This document shows positions 47,135 through 59,851 of a stretch of DNA of 64,000 nucleotides, piece after piece (position 1 is the stretch's first letter; the number at the start of each line of letters is the position of its first letter). The translations under genes were made by a program, and so were the position numbers. This DNA comes from Camelus dromedarius (Eukaryota). Location: assembly GCF_036321535.1 (NCBI RefSeq), contig NC_087437.1, positions 111,850,001 to 111,914,000 of the forward strand. The letters run 5' to 3'. A model generated the notes under the pieces. The model searched no databases. It was not told where the DNA came from and saw only the letters and a program-made list of their open reading frames with translations.

Positions 47135-50100
47135 AAATCCAAGGCAAGCAGGGCTGAAAATGCTGGGGTCAGGCAGACAGGCAGGCAGCCTGAGTTCATC
47201 AGCTGATGGCTGGAGCACAGGGAGATTAAAACCCAGCTCTGCCAAGTAAACTTGAATAGAAGCTGAGACATTGGTTCAGGGTAATCATAGTGTCATTTAT
47301 TCATTCATTCAACAAACGCTCATTGGGAGTTTACTGGGAGGCAGACACTTTGCTGGCCCTGGGGATATATCCTAGAGTAAGACCATGAGCTTACGGAGCT
47401 TCTGTTCTTAGGGACTTGATTCTGCTTCCAGAGTCCAAGGCAGGCCAGGCCTGCATGTGAGGATCAAGGGGCTGCAACAGTAGGGAGGGAGAGGGAGGCA
47501 AAGACAGGAGTCAGATAGCACTTGGCATGTGCTGTATGCCAAGGCCAAGTGGAAGAAACAGAAATGAACAAAGCCTGGACCCTGCCCTCCAAGGACTCTT
47601 ATGCAAAGGGAAAGACAAATAAAGCTGGACTGAGAAAGTCTCTCCTGAAAGTACACCTAGATACAGGATCACAGCAGAGAGATAGGTGAAGTCCATTCAG
47701 GGGACCAGATAAGGTGTTTTATAGTGTGTTGTGTTTATTTTGAAGTTGGCACAGGGTTCTCTTAAAGGATTTATTCATTGGTTCATTTTGTGACAAAAAA
47801 GGGCTTTGAGAAACACGTAGAGCCAGAGTTCTCCCGGAACAAGAGGCTTGTTTGACATTGTGCTAGAATGTGGTGGTGACTACCCACCTTGGTGAGGAAC
47901 AGTGCTTAATTATTAATTACAAGATAATTTTAGATGATCAGCTGTCCCAGATTCCACTGGAGGTTTCTAGGACTTCCTGTCCCGGTAACCCCATCATCCC
48001 AGAACTAGGAATACTGCCGTTGGCCTGCTCTGATCCCAGCCTTAGAGGGAAAGGAAGGGACAGGCATCTATACATCAGCTGGAACCTGGTGACAGACGTG
48101 TCTCCCTCGTTCTTTAGGTGCTGATGCTGTTCAGAGGCATGCATGGAAGAAGAAAAGGGGTAAGAAGGAAAAAGGACATGGATTTCCAGGAATGAGTGCA
48201 GCTGGATTTCCTAGAATGAGAGGGATTTGTGAGCAACTTCCCAGATGTCCAGCTGCTGGCTGGACCTCAGGGGGGCCCCTGCCTTCTGGACATCAGGGAG
48301 CTCGAAGGCCAGAACAGGGAGGCCAGATATGTGAAGCCTCATGAAGGGGTACAGGGTGGGACAAGTATCCCTGGTAACCAGTTTATGCGGTTTCCATGGA
48401 GATGCTAGTTGGACATTTTTTCCTTCAGTTTCACCTTGGATTTCTTTCTTGAGGTTTGTTGAACATGGATTGTGAACACCCTCATTGCACTACGTATCCA
48501 TTCATTTGTGGGCACATTCCAGCACAGCATAAGCAGAACGGGTGCAGATCCCTCACCTTGTCCCTGACACTTGATCTGCCCTTGCCCATGGTAGTGGGGG
48601 CACTACTCGGAAAGAGACTTTTTTCTCTGGGGGTTTCTCAGCTTGTAGAAGGGAAATATGAATCTATTGGTGACTGCCTTGTATGAGCTTATCTGAGAAT
48701 GAAGCCAATACAGAGGAAAACAGAGACAAGAAATGGAGAGATACTCCTAACACTCTTTTTTTTTGAGCACCCAGATCAAGCCATACCTGACAATCTTCCT
48801 TGATTTTTTAAAGTATATGAGCCAAGTTTTTTTTTTTTTTTTCCTACTTAAGCCAATCTGAATTGGGATTTCTGTAACAAACAGTTAACAGAGTCTTGGT
48901 ACCCTGACATTTGGTAAACTGTGCCTTTTTCATTCATCCAATAAACATTTGTTGAGCGCTTGCTTTGTGCTAGACTCTGTGCCAGAAACAGAGAAAATAA
49001 AGCCAATCAGAGCTCCATGAGGGGTTATACCCCAGTCAAAGAGACATTGGAACCAATAATCACAGTGTAATGTGATAATAATTATAATCATAACTTGCAT
49101 GAGATGTTAAGTCTGCACCTAGGACTGCCTGGCAGTGGCAAAGTTCATAGAGGAACTAATATCTGATTAGAGAAATATTTTCTTCAGTGGGAAAAATAAA
49201 AGGAAGATATTGATGTAATTAGTATAGAGTAAGCAGCATTTGAAATATCCAAAATTAGGACTGAAAGATTGACAGGCTATGGGGATGGCAGAGGTGGCAG
49301 TGGGACATTGGGAATCCAGGGGTCCTGTTGGGCTGGAATCCTCTGATTTGAAAATGACACATCATTTTCTCAGCATCCCAGCTTTTTGTGAGCTCCATCA
49401 TTGAGATTTGCCTACTGTTTCCTAATATGCTTCACATCCCCAGGGGCAGGGGCATAGTGAGGGGTAGGGGGAGCGAGATGGCTTTGTTCCTACTCTACTT
49501 ATGCCGTGCTGGAATCTGCCCACAAATGAATAAATGCGTCGTGAAAGACCGGCCAAGGTTAATTCCTCCCTTACATCACAGTGTGATGCCGTTGGTGGGT
49601 GGGGGAGGGTATGCTCTGCTCCACGCAATCATTCAGGGATTCAAGCTTTATTATTTTTTTTTTATACCAACTTCTAAGGCCCTCAGGTCCTCCACAGTAT
49701 TTTCTACATGCATTTCATGGGCCAGAACTCAGCCAAGTGGCACCACCTCATTACAGGCAGCTTGGAAATAAAGTCCAGCAACTGTGCCAGGAGAGGAGAG
49801 GAGAACATGGGTACCGGTGGGCACTAGATGTACCTGACATACTGAGGTTGTGAGATACAATGAATGACTTTCTGCAACCATGACCAAAGCTCAGGGGGTG
49901 TCAGTCCACCTAAACTTTTCAGGCAAGATGCTGAAAGCCAGGTATGATCATTAAATCTTTGACCACTAAGTCACTGAGCTTGTTTAGAAACCAGAGCTCC
50001 TATTCAGACTCAGTTCAAATATAATTTTTATATTGCAGTTGGAGAAATCTTGATAGCAAGTAATACTAGCATGAAAGCGAAGATTCCTGAATTGAGCAGA

Positions 50101-53100
50101 TACAGACATCAGTGACTTCAAAACAAATTCCACACAGATTCCTTCTCAATCTAGGATTACACCCAAAATTTAGATAATGTTTATACTTGGCTCCAAAAGG
50201 AATGTTTCAAACTGAACTAGTTCTGTTTATAAGAAGATATTACTAGTAAGGAGATACTGTGTCAGTGGGAGGATAGCGTTTGGACCATTTGCCCAAAACA
50301 GTTTTGAAATACCATGAATAATGATGTTTTGAACTCTATAGTCTTAACACAAAAGACAAGAAATATGATTGTGGGAAAATAGAGGGCCACTCTCCAAATC
50401 CTTACAACAATTAAAAATCAAAAGTGATTTCGAATTTTAATTCAGAAGTAAGTTTAATTTGAAATTAGAAAGGAGTTTTTTTTAAGTGGAAAGGCAATTA
50501 AGGAAAAGACTCAATTGAAGAAATTAGAGAAATAAGAGGACCTGAAACTGATGAAATGCTCCAGCAAGAAGCAGACGGTCTGCAGTGTAATTCTGAGCTG
50601 CTGCCTGGGGAGGAAAGGCAGAGGAAAGTCGGCTTCTGGCATCCCAAGAAACCCACTTTGAAGCCAAGACTGGGGGAGCTCGGCAAGGGAGTGCCTCACA
50701 AATGCAATCCCCAAAGTGTGTCCCTGCAAAAATCCTCAAAGATTCAGAGGCAGTGAAAACAAGAGGAATTCCTGAAAAAGAGACAATTTGGAATCGTGGG
50801 TGCATCCCACAAAGTGAGACGTGTCCCCGCATGTTTGGAGTGTATTTTATCCAAAGGGTGCCCCCTGCTTGCTAACACTGATGGCCTCGCTCACCCCAGG
50901 GATCTAATGGGTCGCCCAAAGAACTTCCATGTGTACTCTGGGCACAAACAGCTGGGCAACTGATTATAACGCGATGTGAGTGCTGAGTGCTTATTAAAGA
51001 CACAGATCAAGTGTTAGACACGAAGTAATAGGAAAGACTCCCAAAGAGGATGCTGTTTGGGCTGAGCAGAGAGGGGTTGGGGTGAGGAAAGCTGAGATGC
51101 TGTCGACAGAGGAGTCACTTGGGCAAAATCTCAGACTAGATTACTTGGTGTGTCATGTCTCAGGGGCCCTGAGGCTGGGAGCAGAGGCAGGGCAGAGTAG
51201 ACGGGGGACTGTGCCGGCCACGCTAAGGGGTTTTGACTACAAACTCCTGATCTTCACCCCGTCAATAAAAACCCACTCCAATAGATGTAATTTCTTTTAT
51301 TTTTAAGGTTATATGAAATGCCATACTTCTCTACATTGTAAACAATACACAAAGAGTAGAATCTTAAATATTTGAGACAAAAAATAAAAATCAAAGTTTG
51401 AGTATTTTCAGTCCTACCCCACTGGCATGGCGTGTGTACTCCCTTGGATGAACACACCCCCTTGGAAGGCCCCTGCAAGAGGCAAAAAAGCAGTACTGAA
51501 GGTTTGTAAGCAGGGAGACCTGTCTGCATCTGTGCTTAAGAAGTTCACTTAGGTGCCAGGTAGAGATGGAATGAGAGGCGTACAGACAAGAGGACAATGA
51601 GTTCTGAGTAAGAAAATACTTTTCTTTGGCATTTTCTTTGAAGGTGTATCGCTCTCCATCTGCTGGCTCCTTCTAACTCCAGGCTCTCCAGATAAATCTG
51701 TTTCAATATCTGGAATCCTTGAAGGACAGAGAAGACCAAGAGAGTAGGATTGAGGAGGTAGAATGAGGTCGAGGCTCCTGCCCTGCTGTCCCTTTGGCCA
51801 TCCCCTATCTACTCTTTCCAGATGCCCGGGGCTACAAACTCACTCTCCAGTAGGGGTCTGATACCGCTGTTAAACCTTAATACAGATTTAAGTAAACACA
51901 TTCTCACCCAAGGGTATTTGCACTTTAAGCCTTATCCCTACCTTGCTCCTTGTTAGAGGGATAGCAAGGGTTAAATAGAAGTACAGGGCAAGTGTGGGGC
52001 CGAGACTCCTCTTTAGGACCCAGAATTGAGCAGTCAGGGTTCTCAGGTCCAGTTCCCACTTTCATGGCTAGGCAATCACCCTTCCCACGTAGGCCAAGGA
52101 GGAAATGTTGGCTACTCTGTATTATGTGCGTAAGATGCTCACGGTTGAGAAGGATTTTTGAAAAAAGGATTATTAGCACTTTTCTTTTCCTTGGCTCTGT
52201 TCCACAAGTGCACTGCAGGAGGTAGGTTAGAGAGAAACACTACGTAACATGATATTTAAAAGAGGAGTGATATTCTTGTTGTTTAATATATCAAAGCTTA
52301 TAATGTTGAAAGTTAAGTTAACTTGAGTTTCTCCCCAGTGTTTTCTTACTGGGGTAAGTGTTGTCTTTGCTTGCTTCCTCACATTCCATGATAGCACCCT
52401 CCCTGACCCCGGGACGAGCCACTGGATTTTCACATGCCCTAACAAGTGTCTGATTCTGAAGTCACCGCCTTTACAGTCTCTGTTGACGAAGATCACTACC
52501 CTTTCATCAAGGTTTACACAGTTCATTGTGAGAGGCAGGAAGCTGGGTTCACTGTGATTCTGATGTGATCGGTTTCTTGTTTGATTTATGCAGCAGGACC
52601 TAAACTGCTATTGTCTGATTTATTTCCTTGTCTAGAAAAAGAGGAAGTAAAAGTTCATGTCTCCGTAAGTTGGAATTTAGCGTCAAAATTAGCGTCAAGC
52701 ATGCAATTTGGGCCTTCAGGAGACACAATGTAAAGTATTTTTGTGATTGTTCGTGTTCAACTCACTGGGGCATCTTGGGGCCAGAGAGCCTTTCTGAGTC
52801 ATTTTTCTCAATATGGCATGGAGATGATAATACCTACCACACAGGGTTAGAATACGATTAAAGCAAATGCATGTGGTAGTGTATACAGTCTATCAGTGCT
52901 AGTTGTAAGTATTATACTATTACTTATAAGTAACTATAATACACAGAGTACTAAAGTCCTGTTCATAAACTATGATATTTTGTAATGTCAGAATCACAGT
53001 GATGACAGGAACATATTAGCATGCGATTAGAGCACCCCAAAAGCCAGCCACCCCCCGCCAAAAATCTAAAGTAACAGTTAATTTAATGCACCGTTTGCAT

Positions 53101-53363
53101 TGAAAATTTGAATGGAGAACAGGCTCAGCATAAAACAAAAAAGGCCTCTTGTGTCATTTTTCCTTAAACAAACAAATCCAATTTACAAATGTCCTCCTGT
53201 AAACTCTGGGGAAATGGGAAGCCTTGAAACTGTTAGTAAGCAAGTCTGGTAGATGCAAAGAATTGTCCAGTTCCCATTTCTGCCAATCTGAATGTATGTA
53301 AAACGTTTACAGAGACAGCAGGAGTATAGGATGTGATCAAAACACTTTCCTTCTGGTCTCCTG

Positions 53364-53826
53364 CTGTGCCTGCTGCATAACGGCCCCTAGAGATGTCCAC
53401 ACCCTAATCCCTAAAACGTGTGAATGTTACAAAGCGGGAGGGATTTTGCAGATGTGATTAAATTAAAGATCTTGAGATGGGGAGATTATCCCGGATTATC
53501 TGGACGGGCCCAATGTAATCACAAAGGTCCTGCTAAAAGGGATTCAGAAGGAGACAGAGAAGAAAAAGGCAAAGTGACAACAGAAGCAGAGATTGGAGTG
53601 ATATGGCCACAAGCCAAGGAATGCCGGGAGCCTCTAGAGGCTGGAAGAGGCAAGGAATGGATTCTCCCCTGGAGTCTCCAGGATGAACCCTGCCAACACC
53701 TTGAATTGAGCCCAGTCAGACTGACTTTGGACTGCTGACCTCCGGAAATGTAAGAGAATAAATCTGTGTTGTTTTAAGCCACTCAGTTTGTGTGAATTTG
53801 TTACAGTAGTGATAGGAAATGAATAA
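53364..53826 (+). mobile_element. MaLR LTR (MLT1C/D-like), solo
   Basis: agatgtccacaccctaatccc...tttgcagatgtgattaa...gccaaggaatgc...ataaatctgtgttgttttaagccac...tttgttacag..aggaaa. Confidence 0.85.
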
Positions 53827-56124
53827 GAAATTATGAGGAAATGCAACAAAACACATAAAACTGCTTTTGGACCAAACACACTAGCCCCTCTTTATTCACA
53901 GCCCTGCAGAATTCACTAGTTGTTTCATGTGTCCTTTTACGCTTGCTAGACTGGATCATAAGCTCTTAGGGTAACCGTGTCCTCAGTTCCTTTCAGTTCT
54001 CCTGTAGTACCAAGCTTGAGGCTGTCATAAAGTAGTCACCCTGTATTGGATCTGGCCCAGCATAAACAGGTGCATCCAGACATTACTCGTGAGTTCAGGC
54101 GATGACTGGATCCAGGTGGTTATTTGCATATGTGGAATTGTTGAAGAAAAAAGAAGGAAGAGTCAAGATGATGTGTGAGGGTCTGGGGCAGGAAGAGTGG
54201 AGGGATGGGAAGGCACTTGTCTCTTCTCAGCCCAGACTAATTAATGCCTTGGGCTGAGTCCAGTGGAGTTGTAGGCAGAGGCTGCCTGGACAGCTCTCAA
54301 GAACTCTGAGATGTGGGGCACAAGTGGTTTCTACCCATGTGACAAAGTGTGACACGAGCAGGGGACAGAGGCATTCTCCCCACTTCTGCACTGAGGGCAG
54401 CCCAGCTCTGGCACAGTGAGGGATGAAGGGCAGGCAGCACTTGGCCCCTCCTGGAGGCCAGACTGGGATGCCCCTGGATACTGCTCTCCAGGCAGCCAAT
54501 CAACAGGGAGCCCCACGGCAGTGGCACAAGAATCAATCTCCAGTGGTGACTAGGGGCAGAGGCACATGAAGGATCATTTGTGAACTCCTGGGGACCCCAG
54601 GTAAGACCCTCCTAGGGACCCCACGAAATGATTAGAGGAGACTCCATTGTGTAGACATGGTGGTGGGAAGGAGGCAGGTAGGTGGGAGCATGAGCCAGCC
54701 AAATACAAGCAATTAGTGTTGATTTAACCTTATTTGTGCTTACTGGTTGTTGAAGCCAGGATCTCTTCAAGTACCCGTTGGATTGCTGCTTTTAGATTAA
54801 ATGTATTTCACAGTAGAAATGAACTGAAATCCTCAAATCTTCTAGACTAAGATAATTAACTAACTGAAAAGCAGACATTTTATGTTTTGAAATCATTCAA
54901 CTTAACTGAATGCAGATTTCGCCCACTAATTTGCTTATTGGATGCTGGACCCAATGCCTTTGCTGTGCTGTGTCAGCCAGGTTTCTGATCACAAAGCCCT
55001 GGTCTTCCCGTTGACCGTGGTTTCCCCAGCCCTCAGCACAGGGCCCGGCACACAGAGGCACTCCATACTTCTCTAATCCGAGTGAATCCCTGCGTTAGCT
55101 AAGTCAGAGATGTATGTTATTGATCCTATACTTCCCCTCTTACCCTTTACCTCCTAGAATTGTGGAGTGTATCGTATTATCAAGTCAACTAGCAAAATTC
55201 ATCTTCTTCAGCAAGAATTTCAGCGTATGGCCTAGCCTAGAGGAAGCAGAGTCAGATTGTGGGTATGAGTAAGGGGGTGGGCCACTTGAGTTCAGTGTCC
55301 TATGCTTTGCCTGTGAGTCTCCTTAAAGGTCATTGAATGACGTCTGGCAAAAGTCCCACAAAAGTCCCATGAGACATCCCCAATCTCTTATGACTTCACC
55401 AATGAGCATTGTCTAAGTTTGCAGGTGTCTTGGAACTTTTCTGTGGATCTGCTGGAGACACAGGGAAAACACACTCAGGATGGGGACCATGAGCCCCACG
55501 TCAGGGCCCCAGGTCAGGGCTCCAGGTCACTGATCTTCTGCCTCACTGCAGACAGCTTCCCAAGCTGAAGGAAATCATGAGCAGAGTTAGATATATTGAT
55601 CTCACAGACATTTGTGAGCATCAGAAGCCATCGCCCCAATTACTCTCGGCTGAGGGATTATAATAACCCCTGCTGCAAACTTCCCCACAGTCTAACATTT
55701 AAGCATCCAGTCTTGTAAAACTAACTCAGGGAGAGCTTTGCTCAAATTACTGGGCCTGTATTATATGAGTGTGAGGTTGCCAAGGAAAATAAGTCAGAGT
55801 AATCCCTTTGCTAGGAGATGAGAAACAAAAAAAAAAAAAAAAAAAAATGCTGGCAGACATTTAATATTTTAATTACCTGCTTCCAGAACAATAAAAAGGG
55901 ATTCAGACCTTCCACTTAGAGTTGTACATTATTATAACTCCATAAATACTTTAAACTATTTCCTTAAGATGTAAGCCTTAAGCTTTTTCCTTTCATCTGT
56001 ATTCAACATTAGATTTTAGAAAAGTAAGAATTAAATTTTCCTTTAGTGGTTTTAGTTATAAATATTGGAACCAAAGGCAGTTTAAACCTTGCTGCTTCCT
56101 TGGAAGATGTTTAAGTGTTTTTAA

Positions 56125-56390
56125 ATGCCTCCTGGGAATGACAACTAAAGGTAATGTGGGATCCTGGAACAGAAAAAGGACACTAAGTAAAATCTAAAAA
56201 ATTGGAATAAACTATGGACATTAGTTAATAATAATAATGTATCAATATTAGTTCATTAATGGTGACAAATGTATTACTGTAGTTACGTAAGATGTTAATA
56301 ACAGGGGAGGCTGGGTGTAGGGAACTCTCTGTGCTATGTTCACAATTTTTCTGTATGTCTAAAGCTATTCTAAAATAAGACTTTTATTTG
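56125..56390 (+). mobile_element. Old L1 (L1MC-like) 3' end
   Basis: gatcctggaacagaaaaaggacact...aataatgtatcaatattagttcattaat...ggaactctctgtgctat...tctaaagctattctaaaataa. Confidence 0.7.
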
Positions 56391-59300
56391 AAAAGAATGT
56401 CTCCTAATCTCATTGATGACTCATTGATGGTTATTTTGGTGACAAGAGCAGAGCTCCAGTGCATAATCTGGGCATCACAATTTGGGCTAAACTGAACATC
56501 CATGAAGTGGTGACTAGGCATGGCTCCAAATGAATTTTTTAGAACTCCTGGCCACAGAGAAGATTCCAGCTTCCTTAATAACCTTGGGGACCAGGCATTT
56601 CAGAGACGCGAATGAGCAGTGATCCTTTTATGGGAAATGGACCAAAACTAGAAAGGAGAGGCGTCAGGGGATATTGTGAGAACAAGTCCTGATGGGGTGT
56701 GTGTGTGTATTGTCTCCTTTTGTGTTTGGCCTCCCTCGTGCTGCTTATGTTGCCCTCTGTGTCTAGGACTGTTTTCTGTTTCTCATCTGCTGAGGAACCA
56801 CCCTCATCTCTTAAACTGTCTTCAGATCTTTCATGAATCTTTAGTAAACTAGGTGCATGGATGATAGTTCTTGCCTGCCTCAATCCTGTTTTTCTTATTG
56901 GTCCACATCAGTCAACCATGAAAGAAATTTAAAAACAGCATTTTGCAAGCAAATCTATAATCATACAGAGAGCCCAGTGCCTGTTGGTGTTAGATTTTTA
57001 GCCACTCTACTCAGGCTGTTCTTCTGGTCACTCTATTGGGGTGATTGTCACCAGGTTCCCAGTGACTCTCATCTCCCAGGGTGCCAAATCCTATGGTTAA
57101 TTTCCTCGTCTCATTCTGCTTGACTTCTCACCAGTATTTGACATGGTTGCCTACTCCCTCCTTCCTGAGCAAGGACTTGCTGTTCTTCCAAGATAACACA
57201 TCCTCCTGTTTTTCTTGCTACCTCAATGGCCACTCCTTCCCAGTAGCTGGCTGGCATCTCCTCTTCCCTGAGGTTGTTGCACGCCCCTGGCTCAGTGCCT
57301 GGCTCTCTCCTCTATGTATATCCACTCCCTTGGTGACTCCATGCCAACTCATGGATTTAAATATTATCTGTACGCTGATGATTAACCAGGTCCTGAACCC
57401 TGCCCTGAGCTTCATGCTCATATATCTAGCATCTTACTTGCTAACTGCACCTAAATAGCTAACAGACCCCTCCAACTTAACTTGTCAGATACACAGCTCT
57501 TGATTCTCAAGAGAGTTTAGACTACTAGGTAAGGATGCTATTGTAACAGCATCTTACTGCACCAACATTTACTGCCCCTCAGCCCTGAGTTCCCAAGGCT
57601 AACCTAGCTAGCTATAGAAAATTGATGAGAGGGAGTGGACTTCCAAATAAGAAATGTGGGTTGAAAAATGACTGAAATTAGGAAATCTATGTGTTTTTTA
57701 ATGATTAGTAATAACATTTAATAAGTGCTTCTTTCGTGCCGGGTACTGTTTGAAGTTCTTTACATGTTTTATGCCACTTAACTCTTATAGTAATCATCAA
57801 GGTAGATATTATTTTCTGATATGAAAATGGAGACACAGAGAGGTTAAATAGATTGGTCAAAGTCACAGAGCCAGAAGGAAACAACTGAGACCTGAAGTCA
57901 GACAGCCAAATCTACTCAAGGAAGTCGTGGTAGAAATTACAGTGTTATTTCCCACCCCAGGGTCATGTTCCTACTCAAATGACATTCCATGGCTCATATT
58001 CTATTTATTGCTAGACTCTGTGGTCTTCAAGCTAAAGTGTGTATAGAAACCTCATGTTAGATGAATAGGATACAAAAGATACAAAAGGAATGAAGTGAAT
58101 TCTGTTACCTACAGACATTAGAACACTTTTTTTTTTAAGAAACACGTAGATTTTAAAATAAGGGCAACACTGGTTGAATGCTGCTTCTGTTAACAGTCGT
58201 GGAATGTGGGACAAAGACAGAGAGTGAGCCAAAGGGAAGCCTCAACTAAAGTATGTAGCTACTGCACCTTTCTGCTCAACACGGATCCTTATAAGAGTTA
58301 ATTAACCAATGGTTGCACCCTCCTCAAGCCTTTCCCATGGATGGCTTGCTATATGCTCAGCTAATGAGCAGCAATCAGTGGTGCTCCAACCCCAGCTCGG
58401 CACATCTGCCCCTCTGTCACACACCCACAGAACTGTGTGGTTTGTCTCTTCTCTCCACTCACATGGAGACATGATCCATCAGACTGAATTTTAAAAGTGG
58501 ATTGTATACTAGGTTTAAGCAATAAAAATGTTGATGGGAAAAAGAAAATTGGGAGATCCAAGTCAGCTGTTGAAAAATATTCATTTCCATAGACACTTTA
58601 CTGAAACTGTTATTTTCACGAAATGCCCAATTTTGTTAAAAAAAAAAAAGTAATGAGAAATCTTTTTATCTTTCAAAAGAATTTTTTTTAAATATTGCAC
58701 TACATTGCATTATTTGGTCTAAAAATATCCTAAAGATAGTTCTTTTCATTAAAAAAATTTCAAGCAAATGAGGTCTGATATTTTGGGGTAGTTTTTAAGG
58801 ACAGGTTTTTATAAATACTGTGCACAATTCTTTTGAAACACTTTCTTTTCTCAGTGTACACCAATACACTTATTGCTAAAAACAAACAAACAAACAAAAA
58901 AACCTGCCCCAAAACATACTTATTAAACAGTGAAAATATGCAGGACAGTGTAAAGATTACTGGTTTTGACAAAAACGTCCCCAGCACAATATTTATCATG
59001 TTTGTTTCACTTTTGAATACAAGGATCAATTTTTGTTTTAAGTTAACTAACCAATCCAAATGTTAATGCTCATCTGAACTTGGTTTCTTGTCTTCTTATG
59101 TTTTCTAATGCATTGTGTGAAAATAAGCAGTAAATTCAATACCACTAGATAAAAGCAGAGCAAAGGAACAATAAAAGCTCATGTTTTGAGAATTCCTAGT
59201 TTTGTTTGTGATCATGATAAGGAAAAGAGATACCGCCTTCATTTGTTACTGAGCATTAAAGACTAACAGGAAAATAAAGCCAAATTTTCAACATGGAAAC

Positions 59301-59498
59301 AAGAAAACCAGATTCCACAGAGATATCTGTTACGTAATATTAACCTAAATGAGTTTATCTATTTAGGGACTAATGAGAAGACCGTTTCATTCTTTGCTTA
59401 ATGTACTGAAAACATTTCCTTTTAAAGGCAGAATCTCAGTAAAGAGCAATTCACATGCCTGGAAGTTTAAGGAGTGTTTAGTGGTGAAAATGACTCAC

Positions 59499-59570
59499 TT
59501 GTAAGTGTGCTTTATGTTCAGGAAATGCAAACACTACAAGAAGGTGACTCCAACTTGGTGACTCTTCAAA
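59499..59570 (-). other. EPCIP: Candidate non-coding 5' exon 2 of EPCIP
   Basis: Donor CAA|GTGAGT at 59498; acceptor tgtgatag| at 59571 (an alternative AG lies near 59588); non-repetitive sequence. Confidence 0.35.
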
Positions 59571-59677
59571 CTATCACAGAACTTTTCCTGTCATGCAGCA
59601 GAAATTCTGAAGCTATTAAAAACCGTCTGTCAAGCTAGACATGCTTTTCAAAAAAGAAGAACAGAGAAATTACTCAC

Positions 59678-59790
59678 ATCTCGGAGTTCCAATGCGAGGC
59701 TGGTTGCTCTGCTGCCCGGACCTCTGGCTGATCCTTCACTCTGCCTTGACAGCTGGTTTAATCTGCGAGGCAGGACCGAATGCCTGCCCT
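59678..59790 (-). other. EPCIP: Candidate first non-coding exon of EPCIP (5' boundary uncertain)
   Basis: Donor GAT|GTGAGT at 59677 in a locally GC/CpG-richer unique segment, just downstream of an X-box motif. Confidence 0.45.
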
Positions 59791-59837
59791 TGCACTTGCT
59801 GTTCTTTTCTGTTTTCAGAGGGCCAGTGACCCTGCTC

Positions 59838-59851
59838 ATTTCCATGGCAAC
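59838..59851. promoter_or_regulatory. RFX X-box motif in the putative EPCIP promoter
   Basis: ATTTCCATGGCAAC, 12/14 match to palindromic GTTGCCATGGCAAC. Confidence 0.55.

Noticed and set aside
50895..50937. 43-nt candidate EPCIP 5' UTR exon (gtgcccag|...GGG|GTGAGC, minus strand)
   Set aside because: Splice signals are plausible but the pyrimidine tract is weak and there is no other support; it cannot be told apart from a pseudo-exon.
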